Positions 49,649-59,399 of a stretch of 64,000 nucleotides of DNA are shown in pieces. The first letter of the stretch is position 1; each line of letters begins with the position of its first letter. The stretch comes from Candidatus Aenigmatarchaeota archaeon (lineage in GTDB: Archaea > Aenigmatarchaeota > Aenigmatarchaeia > Aenigmatarchaeales > JACQIB01). The position numbers and the translations under genes were made by a program. The stretch is taken from positions 32,412 to 96,411 of the forward strand of contig JAZDNN010000024.1 in NCBI GenBank assembly GCA_043799675.1. Reading direction: 5' to 3'. Below the pieces are notes generated by a model. The model saw only the letters and a list, made by a program, of their open reading frames with translations, ran no database searches and was not told the origin of the DNA.

Positions 49649-49867
49649 TCAATTCTTCAACTCATACCTGAGATTTTCCCACACCTGCTCTTCCATCGTG
49701 CGGTAGAACCGCGGGATGTCCGTATCCGGCAAGAGCCTCTCGTATATCCGGTACAGAGTGCAATCCACGGCCGTGGCGACCGAACAGTGGCCGCCGGAGC
49801 AGGTCCGCCCGTTCGGGCAGCCCTTCAGAACGTACTTGCACGGTTCAGCCAGCGTTTCCTCCGCCAT
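49649..49867 (-). CDS. Small Cys-rich hypothetical protein
   Basis: Five Cys in the N-terminal half; TATA-like element upstream. Confidence 0.5.
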   Translation of the reverse strand: MAEETLAEPCKYVLKGCPNGRTCSGGHCSVATAVDCTLYRIYERLLPDTDIPRFYRTMEEQVWENLRYELKN

Positions 49868-49926
49868 GGGACAATCGGACACGAAAAACTTAAATAGCCG
49901 TTGAATAATCACTCGCCAGAAATTAC

Positions 49927-49940
49927 AGAAAACTTATATG
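49927..49940 (+). promoter_or_regulatory. BRE/TATA promoter (AGAAAA-CTTATATG)
   Basis: Archaeal consensus about 25 nt upstream of the BHB-bounded RNA. Confidence 0.55.
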
Positions 49941-49970
49941 TGACTTTTGCGAGCGTTGTGTAAAGGACAA

Positions 49971-50176
49971 ATCGGTTGCCCTGGAAAGGGTGGGAGTACG
50001 GCAGCTTAGGTTCGATGTTCGGCCAGGTACGCGGCGACTGGACTACAACTCGCCGCTTGCGTCTGCATCGATCATGCTTGTTGGTAGCCCGTAGGAGATA
50101 ACCTGTCGAAAAACCCTACACACGGTAGATGAGGCCCGAACCGTACAAGGTACAGGCACTCTTGCACCGAGTCCAG
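49971..50176 (+). ncRNA. 206-nt BHB-bounded structured RNA (leader intron or circular ncRNA)
   Basis: GGAC-AA^A-UCGGU ... ACCGA-GUCC-AG^A; internal stems UCGAUG/CAUCGA, GCGGCGA/UCGCCGC, GUAGG/CCUAC, ACGGU/ACCGU. Confidence 0.65.
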
Positions 50177-50178
50177 AT

Positions 50179-50364
50179 ATGCCAAAGAAACGGAAAGTGA
50201 GGAAAGTCTCACGTAAGACAGTCAGGAAAGGACACAGGCAGCGCGGTCCCAGCGGCAAGAGCAAGGCTTCCAAGGTCAGGAAACTGATGAAGCTCGCCAA
50301 GAAGCCGAAGAAGGAGCCTGTCAGGAAGCAGAAGAAGACGAAGAAGAAGCATCACTGGTTCTGA
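50179..50364 (+). CDS. Very basic Lys/Arg-rich small protein
   Basis: 61 aa, roughly half K/R. Confidence 0.6.
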   Translation: MPKKRKVRKVSRKTVRKGHRQRGPSGKSKASKVRKLMKLAKKPKKEPVRKQKKTKKKHHWF

Positions 50365-50468
50365 GTTCCCAGGAAACGGACGTTTGACCCTTTACTGCCG
50401 GTGTTATCGGGCACATGGCTCAAGCTAAGGCATGAAAAGCTATAAGCGGGCTCCGGCCAACTCCTGTC

Positions 50469-51368
50469 ATGCGGAAGCTGGTTCTCATCGCCCTGACGAT
50501 CATGCTCGCCCTTGCAGGCTGGTATCTCTATGCCGGCATGCCCTTGGCCGATACGACCCCGACCTTGATAACCGGCAAGACCATCATTTCCAAAACTGGG
50601 AACTACGTCCTTGGCAGAGATATCTCGTGCACCGCTGCCGGCGAAATGGACACATGCATCGAAATCCGTGCAAACAATGCCGTGCTCGACTGCCAGGGCC
50701 ACAGCATGACCCTGAAAAACCGTAACATCCGGGCCCCGGCCAGCACAGGCATATTCATGGCAGGCGTGAGGGATGTGAGCATTAGGAACTGCAGGATTGA
50801 AAACTTTGACTTCGGCATATTCCTCAAGGGAAGTTACAACAACTTCACCAACAACACCATAAGCAACAACGGCATGGGCATCTACTACGACGACTATTCC
50901 TCCCACAACAATTTCGTGAACAACACAGTAAGCGACAATGACAACAGAGGCGTCTACCTGTTCATGCGCTCGTCCAACAACACGTTCACGGGCAACACCA
51001 TAAGGAACAACGGGATATACGGCATCATCATCACCTGCGCGGCGCACCACAACACCTTCTCCAACAACGTGATTGAAGGCAATGGATATGACAGCATAAG
51101 TGGCGATTCCGGCGGGGTCTATATCCTCAATTCATATGCCAACGTCTTTTCAAGCAACAGAATATGCAACAACTCTATAACCGTCAGATGCGAGTTCGAT
51201 CCAAGGATGGAAAGCACGACTGAAATGTGCTGGCTGCAAGAACTTCCGCACACGGTCCCGATTGATGCGAACGCGGAAAGAGCAGGCGCCCTGATTGACG
51301 GCGGAAGAAACGCGTGCCAGAACCCCGTGAGCTGCGACGGAACATTCATCAGCTGCAGCGCGTGTTAA
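50469..51368 (+). CDS. Secreted parallel beta-helix (NosD/pectin-lyase-like) protein
   Basis: LDCQGH; NNTISNN..GI repeats; signal peptide. Confidence 0.85.
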   Translation: MRKLVLIALTIMLALAGWYLYAGMPLADTTPTLITGKTIISKTGNYVLGRDISCTAAGEMDTCIEIRANNAVLDCQGHSMTLKNRNIRAPASTGIFMAGVRDVSIRNCRIENFDFGIFLKGSYNNFTNNTISNNGMGIYYDDYSSHNNFVNNTVSDNDNRGVYLFMRSSNNTFTGNTIRNNGIYGIIITCAAHHNTFSNNVIEGNGYDSISGDSGGVYILNSYANVFSSNRICNNSITVRCEFDPRMESTTEMCWLQELPHTVPIDANAERAGALIDGGRNACQNPVSCDGTFISCSAC

Positions 51369-51418
51369 TGGGCACGTCCTGAAAGAGCTATAAGCGGGCC
51401 ATCATCCAATATTATAAC

Positions 51419-52195
51419 GTGAAGCTCGCCCTGGGCAGGAAACGCGCGGTCATTGCCATTCTAATCGTGGCAGTACTTGGAGCGGTCGCCTATCAAAGCA
51501 TGCAGCCGGGGCAGGAGAACCCGGTGGTCACGCTTTGCGAGCAGCAGTTCAGGCAGGGTAATGCAGGAAACTATTCCGGATTTTTCGCCTGCATAACCGA
51601 ATCCGCAGTGGCCCAGCTCGACCCCGGAATATGCGGGACGCGGATGGACACATGGATGCAGTCCGACTGCATAAAGGCGGTGATTGCAGCGGCGCCCGAG
51701 GATCCGGCGGTCTATGAGAAGCTCCGGAACCCGTACCTGCGGGGAATGCTCCAATATCAAAAGGGCAACTTATCTTCCGATGAGTCCAATCCTGACTTCG
51801 GCATAGAGATATACTTTCTGGACATCGTCAGGAACGAGACGAACATCCCAATCAACACCTCGGAAAAGCACATGTTCATCTGCGAGGAAATCGACAACGT
51901 CTATCCGAGAAGCCAGTGCTACATGGCCATCGCATGGGCAACGAACAACACCTCAGTCTGCGAAAGGGTCCAGATTGATTCCTACAAGGACGGATGCTAC
52001 TGGAACATCGTAAATAAGATACCCGACCCGACGATTTGCGGGAATATCGTGGACATACTCACGCGGACCGACTGCTATTCCTATATCGCCTCAATGACAA
52101 AGGACGCTTCAATCTGCGAGAAAATTGAAATCCCTGAAAGAAAGAACATATGCTACCAGTCCGTATCGGAAATGAAGACAGGAGTCAAAACATGA
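51419..52195 (+). CDS. Membrane-anchored protein with Cys-rich repeats
   Basis: C-x2-I...CY..IA....D...C repeats. Confidence 0.75.
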   Translation: MKLALGRKRAVIAILIVAVLGAVAYQSMQPGQENPVVTLCEQQFRQGNAGNYSGFFACITESAVAQLDPGICGTRMDTWMQSDCIKAVIAAAPEDPAVYEKLRNPYLRGMLQYQKGNLSSDESNPDFGIEIYFLDIVRNETNIPINTSEKHMFICEEIDNVYPRSQCYMAIAWATNNTSVCERVQIDSYKDGCYWNIVNKIPDPTICGNIVDILTRTDCYSYIASMTKDASICEKIEIPERKNICYQSVSEMKTGVKT

Positions 52196-53394
52196 AGACC
52201 GCCAATCAATGGAAAAAGCTGCGGACCGCCGCAATCATTATCATAGTAGTTGCGCTGATTTACTCCCAGGCGGATTCTATCATGTGCTCGATAACAAACG
52301 TCCTAACCCCCGAGCACCCGTGCTCCTGTCAGGTCGCAGCTGAGAAGAACAGGGTGACCGTTGTCGTAGAAGAGGGCGGGATATATGACACCGATGTGGT
52401 CACTTCCGCGATTTCTGGGTACTTCGCATCGGTAAAGAAGGACCTGAACATCGAGAATGCCGGCATAAAGAAGTTTTCAGGAAAGACCGTGGGAGAATTA
52501 GACAAATTCGTCGATGACTTGTATACAAATGACAATGTCGGCTACATCATCCTGCTCGGGGACGATCTGCCGACCACGGACATCAACACGACCAGCTTTG
52601 AAAACATTGCAGCCATATACTGGAAACTCAAGTGCGTGAACGGGGACTGCGGCTGCTGCAACTGCAGGGACATGGCGATATCGTCCATAATGCCGCCGTT
52701 CGCCTATGCGGATGCCGAAAAGATTAGCTTCATCATCAGAATGGTGGAAACGTACACGGACTACCACAACAACTTCGCGAGCTACATGGAGAAGTACCCG
52801 CGAAAGGCTCTCCGCCTCACGGACTACATGGGAAGCGATAACGGGGAATACATCGGGCTTGAAGACCCGAAAACCTGGCTCGGCTATGACATGCCCCAGG
52901 AATACGTCTTCAACACGGAATACCAACGGGTGGCTGACGAATTGAGCGGCAAGCACCTTGTGCTGCGCTTCAGCATACACGGGGACCCGAACACGGGAAG
53001 GGACATGTCATTGAGCATCGTAGGCAAACAGCAGCTTGAACGGATGGGAGGGCAGATGTTCCTGTCAGCAAGCCATACGAGCCCATACTGGTCTACCGTT
53101 GACGAGTACCTGGAGTTCGCTAGGGAGAACGGCACACCCGCGCTGTTCGTGGATGCCATGTCCTGCGGGGACATCATTATCAGGTCACCAACAAATAGTT
53201 CGAATTACTGCTGCTGGCCGCAGGCGTTCACGGACACGGGCACGTGGGCATATTACAGCTTCGGCGGCGGCAACGAGGAAGTCATGAGGATGAGGAAGGC
53301 CCTCTCGAACGAGCAGACCATAGGCCTTGCGATGAGGAAGTACCTGGTGCAGCAGGACTTCGTGTTCGGCGACATCCTGGCGCATATGAGGTGA
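52192..53394 (+). CDS. Secreted peptidase C25 (gingipain)-like protein
   Basis: YIILLGD, IHG (His), AMSC (Cys), FGD near C-terminus. Confidence 0.6.
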   Translation: MKTANQWKKLRTAAIIIIVVALIYSQADSIMCSITNVLTPEHPCSCQVAAEKNRVTVVVEEGGIYDTDVVTSAISGYFASVKKDLNIENAGIKKFSGKTVGELDKFVDDLYTNDNVGYIILLGDDLPTTDINTTSFENIAAIYWKLKCVNGDCGCCNCRDMAISSIMPPFAYADAEKISFIIRMVETYTDYHNNFASYMEKYPRKALRLTDYMGSDNGEYIGLEDPKTWLGYDMPQEYVFNTEYQRVADELSGKHLVLRFSIHGDPNTGRDMSLSIVGKQQLERMGGQMFLSASHTSPYWSTVDEYLEFARENGTPALFVDAMSCGDIIIRSPTNSSNYCCWPQAFTDTGTWAYYSFGGGNEEVMRMRKALSNEQTIGLAMRKYLVQQDFVFGDILAHMR

Positions 53395-53398
53395 TCTG

Positions 53399-54583
53399 GT
53401 GAAAAGAAGAAGCAAGATTATACTGGCGGCCGTGGCGGCGTCCCTTGCCTTCTGCGTTATCGCGTTCAGTGACGAGATCAGATATTTGACCAACAGCATC
53501 AATGCCAATGCCATCTGTTTTCCGGACTCGTCAAAGGACAAGATTTCATTCATCATCGCCGAGAACGGGACCTATGACAACGAAAAGGTCAGCCTGCAAA
53601 TCTCAAAGTATTTCGATTCGGTCAAAAAGGACCTGAGCATCGACAATGCCGGCATAAAGAAATTCCCGGGGAAAACAGTGGACGAACTGGACAAATTCGT
53701 TGACGACCTTTATTTGAACGATGATGTCGGTTACATTATTCTGCTCGGGGACAATCTGCCGGTCGCCAACGTTACCGAGAACGATGCCACCAACCAGGCT
53801 GCCATCTATGAAAAGCTTTCATGCGTAAACGGGGACTGCCTGGTCAGAAAGGAACGGGGAGACTCTCCGACCGTAACGGGACAAGAGGCATACTATCGGT
53901 GCCATGATGTGGCAATTTCGTACATACTGCCGCCAATTCCGTATTCGGACAGCGAGAAAATCGACTTTGTCCTGAAAATACTGGAGACTTATACGGACTA
54001 CCACAACAACTTTGCAACTCATATCGGCAAATACCAGAAATCGATGCTTCACATCGCGGACCCGTACTTCGTGGGAGATTGTCTAAAATCATCAATAGAC
54101 AACCCGATATTAAGATATGACCTGCCTGTAATTACCATCTCGGGCACAGAGCGCGAAAAGGTATTTGACGAACTTAAGAACAAATACCTTATCCTGCATT
54201 ACGGCATACACGGTTCAACTTGGATACTGCAGCTTACCAACGGTTGTTCCAACGAAAGCATCCAGCCTCAAACTCTGAGGTTGAGCGAGTATTCGAACTT
54301 TACAAAGGAATACGGAACACCGGCGCTTTTCGTTGCCCCCGGCGCATGCGAAGCCATGACAATTAGAGATGACCTCGACCCCTGGGAGTTATCCAAATAT
54401 CCTGAAAGAAGGCACTGCTGCTGGCCTCAGATATTCATGGAGTCCGGAGCCTGGGCATACTATTATATGCCACATGGAAGGGGGAATACCTTTTTGTACG
54501 AAAAGACAATAGGCCTGGCCATCAGGAAAAGCAATGTGGAACAGTTTTTCATCTTCGGAGACATACTGGCGCATATGAGGTAA
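53399..54583 (+). CDS. Secreted peptidase C25-like protein (tandem paralog)
   Basis: YIILLGD, IHG, GAC; identical FGDILAHMR end. Confidence 0.6.
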   Translation: MKRRSKIILAAVAASLAFCVIAFSDEIRYLTNSINANAICFPDSSKDKISFIIAENGTYDNEKVSLQISKYFDSVKKDLSIDNAGIKKFPGKTVDELDKFVDDLYLNDDVGYIILLGDNLPVANVTENDATNQAAIYEKLSCVNGDCLVRKERGDSPTVTGQEAYYRCHDVAISYILPPIPYSDSEKIDFVLKILETYTDYHNNFATHIGKYQKSMLHIADPYFVGDCLKSSIDNPILRYDLPVITISGTEREKVFDELKNKYLILHYGIHGSTWILQLTNGCSNESIQPQTLRLSEYSNFTKEYGTPALFVAPGACEAMTIRDDLDPWELSKYPERRHCCWPQIFMESGAWAYYYMPHGRGNTFLYEKTIGLAIRKSNVEQFFIFGDILAHMR

Positions 54584-54589
54584 CGTTAA

Positions 54590-56332
54590 ATGAAAAAGAT
54601 ATATTTCATGGTTCCATTATTGATTCTGATTGTTTTTGTTAGTGGATGCGTCGGGCAGGATGAAAGTCAGGCGGGCAATCAGACGCCGGCAGAAGACCCC
54701 GAGAAAGAACTGGCCGCCGAGCTTGGGTTTTCCGAAGGCTACAGGGCGGAGTTCCTGCTCCAACCGGAGCTGCTCTCGCCGCTTTACATCACCGCGACCT
54801 CCGACGACCAGCTGCTGGTGGCCGAACATTACGGCGACCGCCTGCTGCGCATAGACCCCTTGACCGCCAAAGTGGATGTCCTTTACAATCTGCCTCGTGA
54901 GCAGTATGTCTGGAACGCCCTGTTGTCCGATGGTGCTGACGGCGCCTACATGGCCATTAGGGGCAAGCTTGCACACATAGACGGGAAGGGTGTTTACACG
55001 GTCTATTCCGACCATTACATGAACCCGACCGCGCTCGGCCCGAACGGCGAGATTTACGGGTTCACGGAACATGATGTGCTCGTTCTCGAAAGCAAAGATG
55101 CCGAACCGAGAATCATCGCCACCGGTTTCTCCTCCTTTGCCGACCTGATCCGCGACAGAGAAGGGAACCTGTACGCATCGGACTGGGACATGGGCACGAT
55201 AACCCGCATAAGGCCGGACGGCACAAAGCAATTGCTCACTTCCGCAGTAAATCAGAAAGACCCCATCGACCTGGGATTCGCGCCGGACGGGACAATGTAC
55301 GTAAATGAAGGCACTCCCGGATTAAGCCGGATTGACGCAACCAGCGGGACCCTGGAAAAAATCGATTGGTTTGGCGGTTATGAGGGCATGCACCCGACCG
55401 ACTTTGCCTTCCTTTCCAACGGCAAGGCATACTTCGTCGATCCCACCCATAATAATATCTTTAGTGCCGATTTCCAAAAGGAAAAGATGGAACTGGTCAT
55501 CAGAGGAGGGGGAAATTCGCGTGCAATGGACGTGGGTCCGGACGGTGCCGTTTACATCGGGGATAACAACGGATATCCGTTTTACCGTTCCAGAATATTG
55601 CGCATACAATTAAACGGTTCAACAGAGGTTTATGCAGACAATCTGGATGCCATAAACGACCTGAGCTTTGCCCAGGATGGCAACGTGCTTGTCACCACAA
55701 AGTACATTGGAAAGGAAAGCGGACACGGAATCAACTCCGTTCTCCTGATAACCCCTGAGCGCGAGGTAAGAACTCTGGCATCCTGGTATAACCGCAATCC
55801 CGGAATGCGCGAGCCTGGGAGCATAAGCGTGGACCCAAAGACAGGGCTGGCAATAGCATATGACCAGATGAACAACAAGTTAATCAGCATGGATGAAAAC
55901 GGAAACGTTTCCGTACTCCCCAACTCGTTCGATTTTGATGAAATACAATCTGTTTATTTGGACCATGCCGCAGACGGCACATTGTTCGCCATAGAGGTCA
56001 ACAGGAAAGGTTTCGGCATAGGTCCTGTCATCGAAAGGAACATCATCCGATTTGACGGAGAGGGCAAGCCCCAGATAATCGCCGATTTCAACCACATAGG
56101 TTCCGGCACAGCTGAGAACATTGCAATCGCACCTGACGGAACCATTTACGTCCTTGGGTTTAAGCTGGAAGGGGAAGACATGTCTTTGTGGATAATTACA
56201 AATAACGGGGAAAAGATATTGCTCGCGGATAAGTTTCCCATAGATCCATTGTCCGTTGCCGCTGACGGCGAAGGCAACGTCTACGTTGCGTGTTCTGCCG
56301 GATTGCTGAGAATCTGGGAGGGGAGCAAATGA
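54590..56332 (+). CDS. Beta-propeller (NHL/SGL-like) lipoprotein
   Basis: SGCVG lipobox; repeated P.D.AF.PDG.LYV blades. Confidence 0.82.
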   Translation: MKKIYFMVPLLILIVFVSGCVGQDESQAGNQTPAEDPEKELAAELGFSEGYRAEFLLQPELLSPLYITATSDDQLLVAEHYGDRLLRIDPLTAKVDVLYNLPREQYVWNALLSDGADGAYMAIRGKLAHIDGKGVYTVYSDHYMNPTALGPNGEIYGFTEHDVLVLESKDAEPRIIATGFSSFADLIRDREGNLYASDWDMGTITRIRPDGTKQLLTSAVNQKDPIDLGFAPDGTMYVNEGTPGLSRIDATSGTLEKIDWFGGYEGMHPTDFAFLSNGKAYFVDPTHNNIFSADFQKEKMELVIRGGGNSRAMDVGPDGAVYIGDNNGYPFYRSRILRIQLNGSTEVYADNLDAINDLSFAQDGNVLVTTKYIGKESGHGINSVLLITPEREVRTLASWYNRNPGMREPGSISVDPKTGLAIAYDQMNNKLISMDENGNVSVLPNSFDFDEIQSVYLDHAADGTLFAIEVNRKGFGIGPVIERNIIRFDGEGKPQIIADFNHIGSGTAENIAIAPDGTIYVLGFKLEGEDMSLWIITNNGEKILLADKFPIDPLSVAADGEGNVYVACSAGLLRIWEGSK

Positions 56333-58002
56333 GGAAACCTGTTTTCATCATTCTTCTGCTTGTTTTGATTATTTTTATCAGCGGGTGCATAGGGCAGGAA
56401 AACCCAGCAGAAGAGCAAGCGAACAAGTCCGGAGAAACTGGCATAGAGCATGGCGCCCCCGTTCATGTGCCGGACGGATATGTTGCATCAAATGTTTTCT
56501 CTTCCGCATTGTTGGCACCCTGGGACCTGGCCTTTGGGCCCGATGGCAACCTCTATGTTGCTGAGTTTACCGGCAGCAGGATTTCTAAGGTAACTTCCAA
56601 TGGCTCTGTATCCACCTATTTAGAAATACCTGAATCGTTCCGAGGCCATGCCAAAAGTCTTGCCTTTAGCCCCTCAGGCGATTTATACGTGCTTATGTCT
56701 GGTAATGGAGAGGGGAAATTCAACGGGATTCTCAAGATTTCTACCGACAAAACGATAAATGTCCTTGCCGAAGTTGGCGGCGTAGAACAATTAACCATAG
56801 ACCCTTCTGGAAACGTCTTTGTCGCTGGAACTGGGGCGGGTGAAATCCTCAGGATTACTCCAAATGGAACGCTCACAACTTTTGCGTCTGGACTCTCGCG
56901 TCCTTTGGACCTTGAATTTGGGTCCTCAGGTGGTCTCTTCGTATTCGAGTCAGGCACAGGTGATATCTCCAGAATCGCGCCCGACGGCGGGAGAATCACC
57001 TTTGCCTCGGGATTTGCTGAAGGGATATCATACTTGACTTTTGATGCCCAAGGAAACCTATTCCTGGATGATTGCTCCGGGGACCTTTACCGTGTTACTC
57101 CAAATGGCATAGTGACACCACTAGAACGTTTCTCTGACATGGTGCCTGGTTGTTACAATAATATGGTATTCGACACCTACGGGAATTTGTACGTGGTGGA
57201 TGCCACTGGATCAAGGATAATCAAGGTCTTCCCTAACAACACAGCCAGCGTTCTCGTCGATGGATTCATGTCAACGGGTTTGGCCGTGGGTCCTTCCGGA
57301 GGTGTTTATGCAATCGATACGGCCTCCATACGAGGGAACCCTCTATCCACGGACATCATCGAAGTGTCGCCTAACAAGACAACCTTTGCCACCGTATCGG
57401 GCATAGCTTCTGACATGGACTTCGATGCCTCCGGAAATCTGTATGTTGCCATATTTGACGGGGGCAGGATATTGAAAATCAATCCAAACGGCGAAATCAG
57501 CACATTTGTGACAGGGCTGCACGGCCCCGGGCGCCTGGCTTTCGGTAAGTCGGGCGACCTGTTTGTATTGGAAAGCCGCAACGGCAACGTGCTAAGGATT
57601 ACCCCGGAGGGGGAGACAGCGACCTTTGCCACCGGCTTTGGGGACGTTACGACCGGGTCTTTGTATGGAGGTTTGGCCGTTGACTCCCTAGGAAACGTCT
57701 TCGTTGGTTCCATGGGCGGGAACAACACAATCTATGAGACTTTTCCAAACGGGACAGTAACGACTTTTGCCAGTGATGTTAGTGATGCGGGGTCCTGGGA
57801 CAGTGGGGACATAGCCGTATGTTCAAACGGAGAAATCTTTGCAACAGAAGCAGGCAGAGGCAGATTGTTTAGGATTACTGAGAGGGAGGTTATGCTATTT
57901 GCCACAGGTTTAGCAAATGACGCCCACAGCGTAACGTGCAGTCCTTCCGGTGAGCTATTCATTGGCAGAGCAGGAAGCATAGTAAAAATTTCAGCCGGAT
58001 AA
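56329..58002 (+). CDS. Beta-propeller (NHL/SGL-like) lipoprotein
   Basis: SGCIG lipobox; FD..GNLYV / I.P.G...TFA.G repeats. Confidence 0.85.
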   Translation: MRKPVFIILLLVLIIFISGCIGQENPAEEQANKSGETGIEHGAPVHVPDGYVASNVFSSALLAPWDLAFGPDGNLYVAEFTGSRISKVTSNGSVSTYLEIPESFRGHAKSLAFSPSGDLYVLMSGNGEGKFNGILKISTDKTINVLAEVGGVEQLTIDPSGNVFVAGTGAGEILRITPNGTLTTFASGLSRPLDLEFGSSGGLFVFESGTGDISRIAPDGGRITFASGFAEGISYLTFDAQGNLFLDDCSGDLYRVTPNGIVTPLERFSDMVPGCYNNMVFDTYGNLYVVDATGSRIIKVFPNNTASVLVDGFMSTGLAVGPSGGVYAIDTASIRGNPLSTDIIEVSPNKTTFATVSGIASDMDFDASGNLYVAIFDGGRILKINPNGEISTFVTGLHGPGRLAFGKSGDLFVLESRNGNVLRITPEGETATFATGFGDVTTGSLYGGLAVDSLGNVFVGSMGGNNTIYETFPNGTVTTFASDVSDAGSWDSGDIAVCSNGEIFATEAGRGRLFRITEREVMLFATGLANDAHSVTCSPSGELFIGRAGSIVKISAG

Positions 58003-58009
58003 AAAATGG

Positions 58010-58930
58010 ATGATTATGAGAAAATCAATTTTCGCGATACCTTTGCTGGTTTTGATTGTCCTCGCCAGCGGCTGCGTCGGGCAGGAAACCACCACAACTC
58101 CAACCGTGATAACCGGCAAGACAGTCATTTCCGACAGCGGTACTTACATCCTGGACAGCGATATCTCGTGCATCGTTGACTCTGAGGGTGCGTGCATAGC
58201 TATGCAGGGACGTGATATTGTGCTTGACTGCCAGGGCCACAGCATAACCCGAACAATCACGGACGCCAGAAAAAAAGCCGGTAGTGCCGGAATAGTCGTG
58301 GCAGGCGGCGGCGTGGGGAAGGAGAGCACCAAGAATACCGTCAGGAACTGCAGGATAGAGAAATTTGCAATGGGCATATTTCTCAAGACAGCCCACAGCA
58401 ACTTCACCAACAACACCATCAACGACAACAATATTGGAATCTACTACGACGACTATTCCTCCTACAACAACTTCGTGAACAACACGGTGAGCGACAACAA
58501 CAAGGGCATCGACATTTTCATGCGCTCCTTCAACAACACGTTCACGGGCAACACTGTAAGGAACAACGGGATATACGGCATCAGCATCACCTGCGCGGCG
58601 CACCACAACACCTTCTCCGACAACGTCATTGAAGGCAACGGGTACGGCAGCGCGAGTGAAGAGCACGGCGGGGTCTATATCCTCAACTCATATGCCAATG
58701 TCTTTTCAGGCAACATAATCTGCAACAATTCGGAAACCATCGTGTGCAAGTTCGATGCCGCAATGGAAGGCATAAACGACGTTTGCAGACCGCAAGGCGA
58801 CATCCACTTCGTTCAGGTCGACACGAATGCGCAGGAAGCCGGGACACTGATTGATGGCGGGGAAAACACCTGCGGCCTAGGCTCCATGAGCTGCGACGGC
58901 GCAACCATCGGCTGCGTTGCATGCCCGTGA
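58010..58930 (+). CDS. Parallel beta-helix lipoprotein, paralog of 50469-51368
   Basis: SGCVG lipobox; near-identical beta-helix core. Confidence 0.85.
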   Translation: MIMRKSIFAIPLLVLIVLASGCVGQETTTTPTVITGKTVISDSGTYILDSDISCIVDSEGACIAMQGRDIVLDCQGHSITRTITDARKKAGSAGIVVAGGGVGKESTKNTVRNCRIEKFAMGIFLKTAHSNFTNNTINDNNIGIYYDDYSSYNNFVNNTVSDNNKGIDIFMRSFNNTFTGNTVRNNGIYGISITCAAHHNTFSDNVIEGNGYGSASEEHGGVYILNSYANVFSGNIICNNSETIVCKFDAAMEGINDVCRPQGDIHFVQVDTNAQEAGTLIDGGENTCGLGSMSCDGATIGCVACP

Positions 58931-58978
58931 GCACAGCTCGCGCTGAGCCGTGAAGCAAAAAGAAAAAATTAAGGTAAT

Positions 58979-59314
58979 TCAGCACCACTTGCATTTGCAC
59001 TTGCACTGGGCGAAATAGTTCCAGACCAGTGCGAACACGTAACCCATCACATAACCTGCAACGAATGTCATCACCAGCAGGCCCAACGCGTACAATGCGT
59101 TGAACGGGCCGATGACGATGGGCAGGGATATCATGTGCATGGCCAGCATGAAGTTGACCCAGAACTGTCCGATTCCGGAAGCAACCAGAACCGACCAGAA
59201 CAGGTGTATCAGTGCTACAAATACACCGAGCGCCATCGCGACCTTCTTTGGCGTCAGCAGGCATGTGCACGGTTGGCAGCCTTCCTCCGCCATGGCTTTC
59301 TTTTTTCTTGGCAT
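58979..59314 (-). CDS. Small membrane protein
   Basis: H..W, H, G...A..WN pattern; two TM segments. Confidence 0.65.
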   Translation of the reverse strand: MPRKKKAMAEEGCQPCTCLLTPKKVAMALGVFVALIHLFWSVLVASGIGQFWVNFMLAMHMISLPIVIGPFNALYALGLLVMTFVAGYVMGYVFALVWNYFAQCKCKCKWC

Positions 59315-59399
59315 CCACAGGCTTGCAGGGACGGGTTGATATAGCTTGCGGCGAAAGGGGCAAAACAAAAGATATAAACCGACAATCGGAACCTCTACC

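Noticed and set aside
50840..58700. AAC-rich similarity between the two beta-helix genes as a second TR/VR pair
   Set aside because: Both copies are coding and the differences are not restricted to adenines; this is ordinary paralogy or gene conversion.
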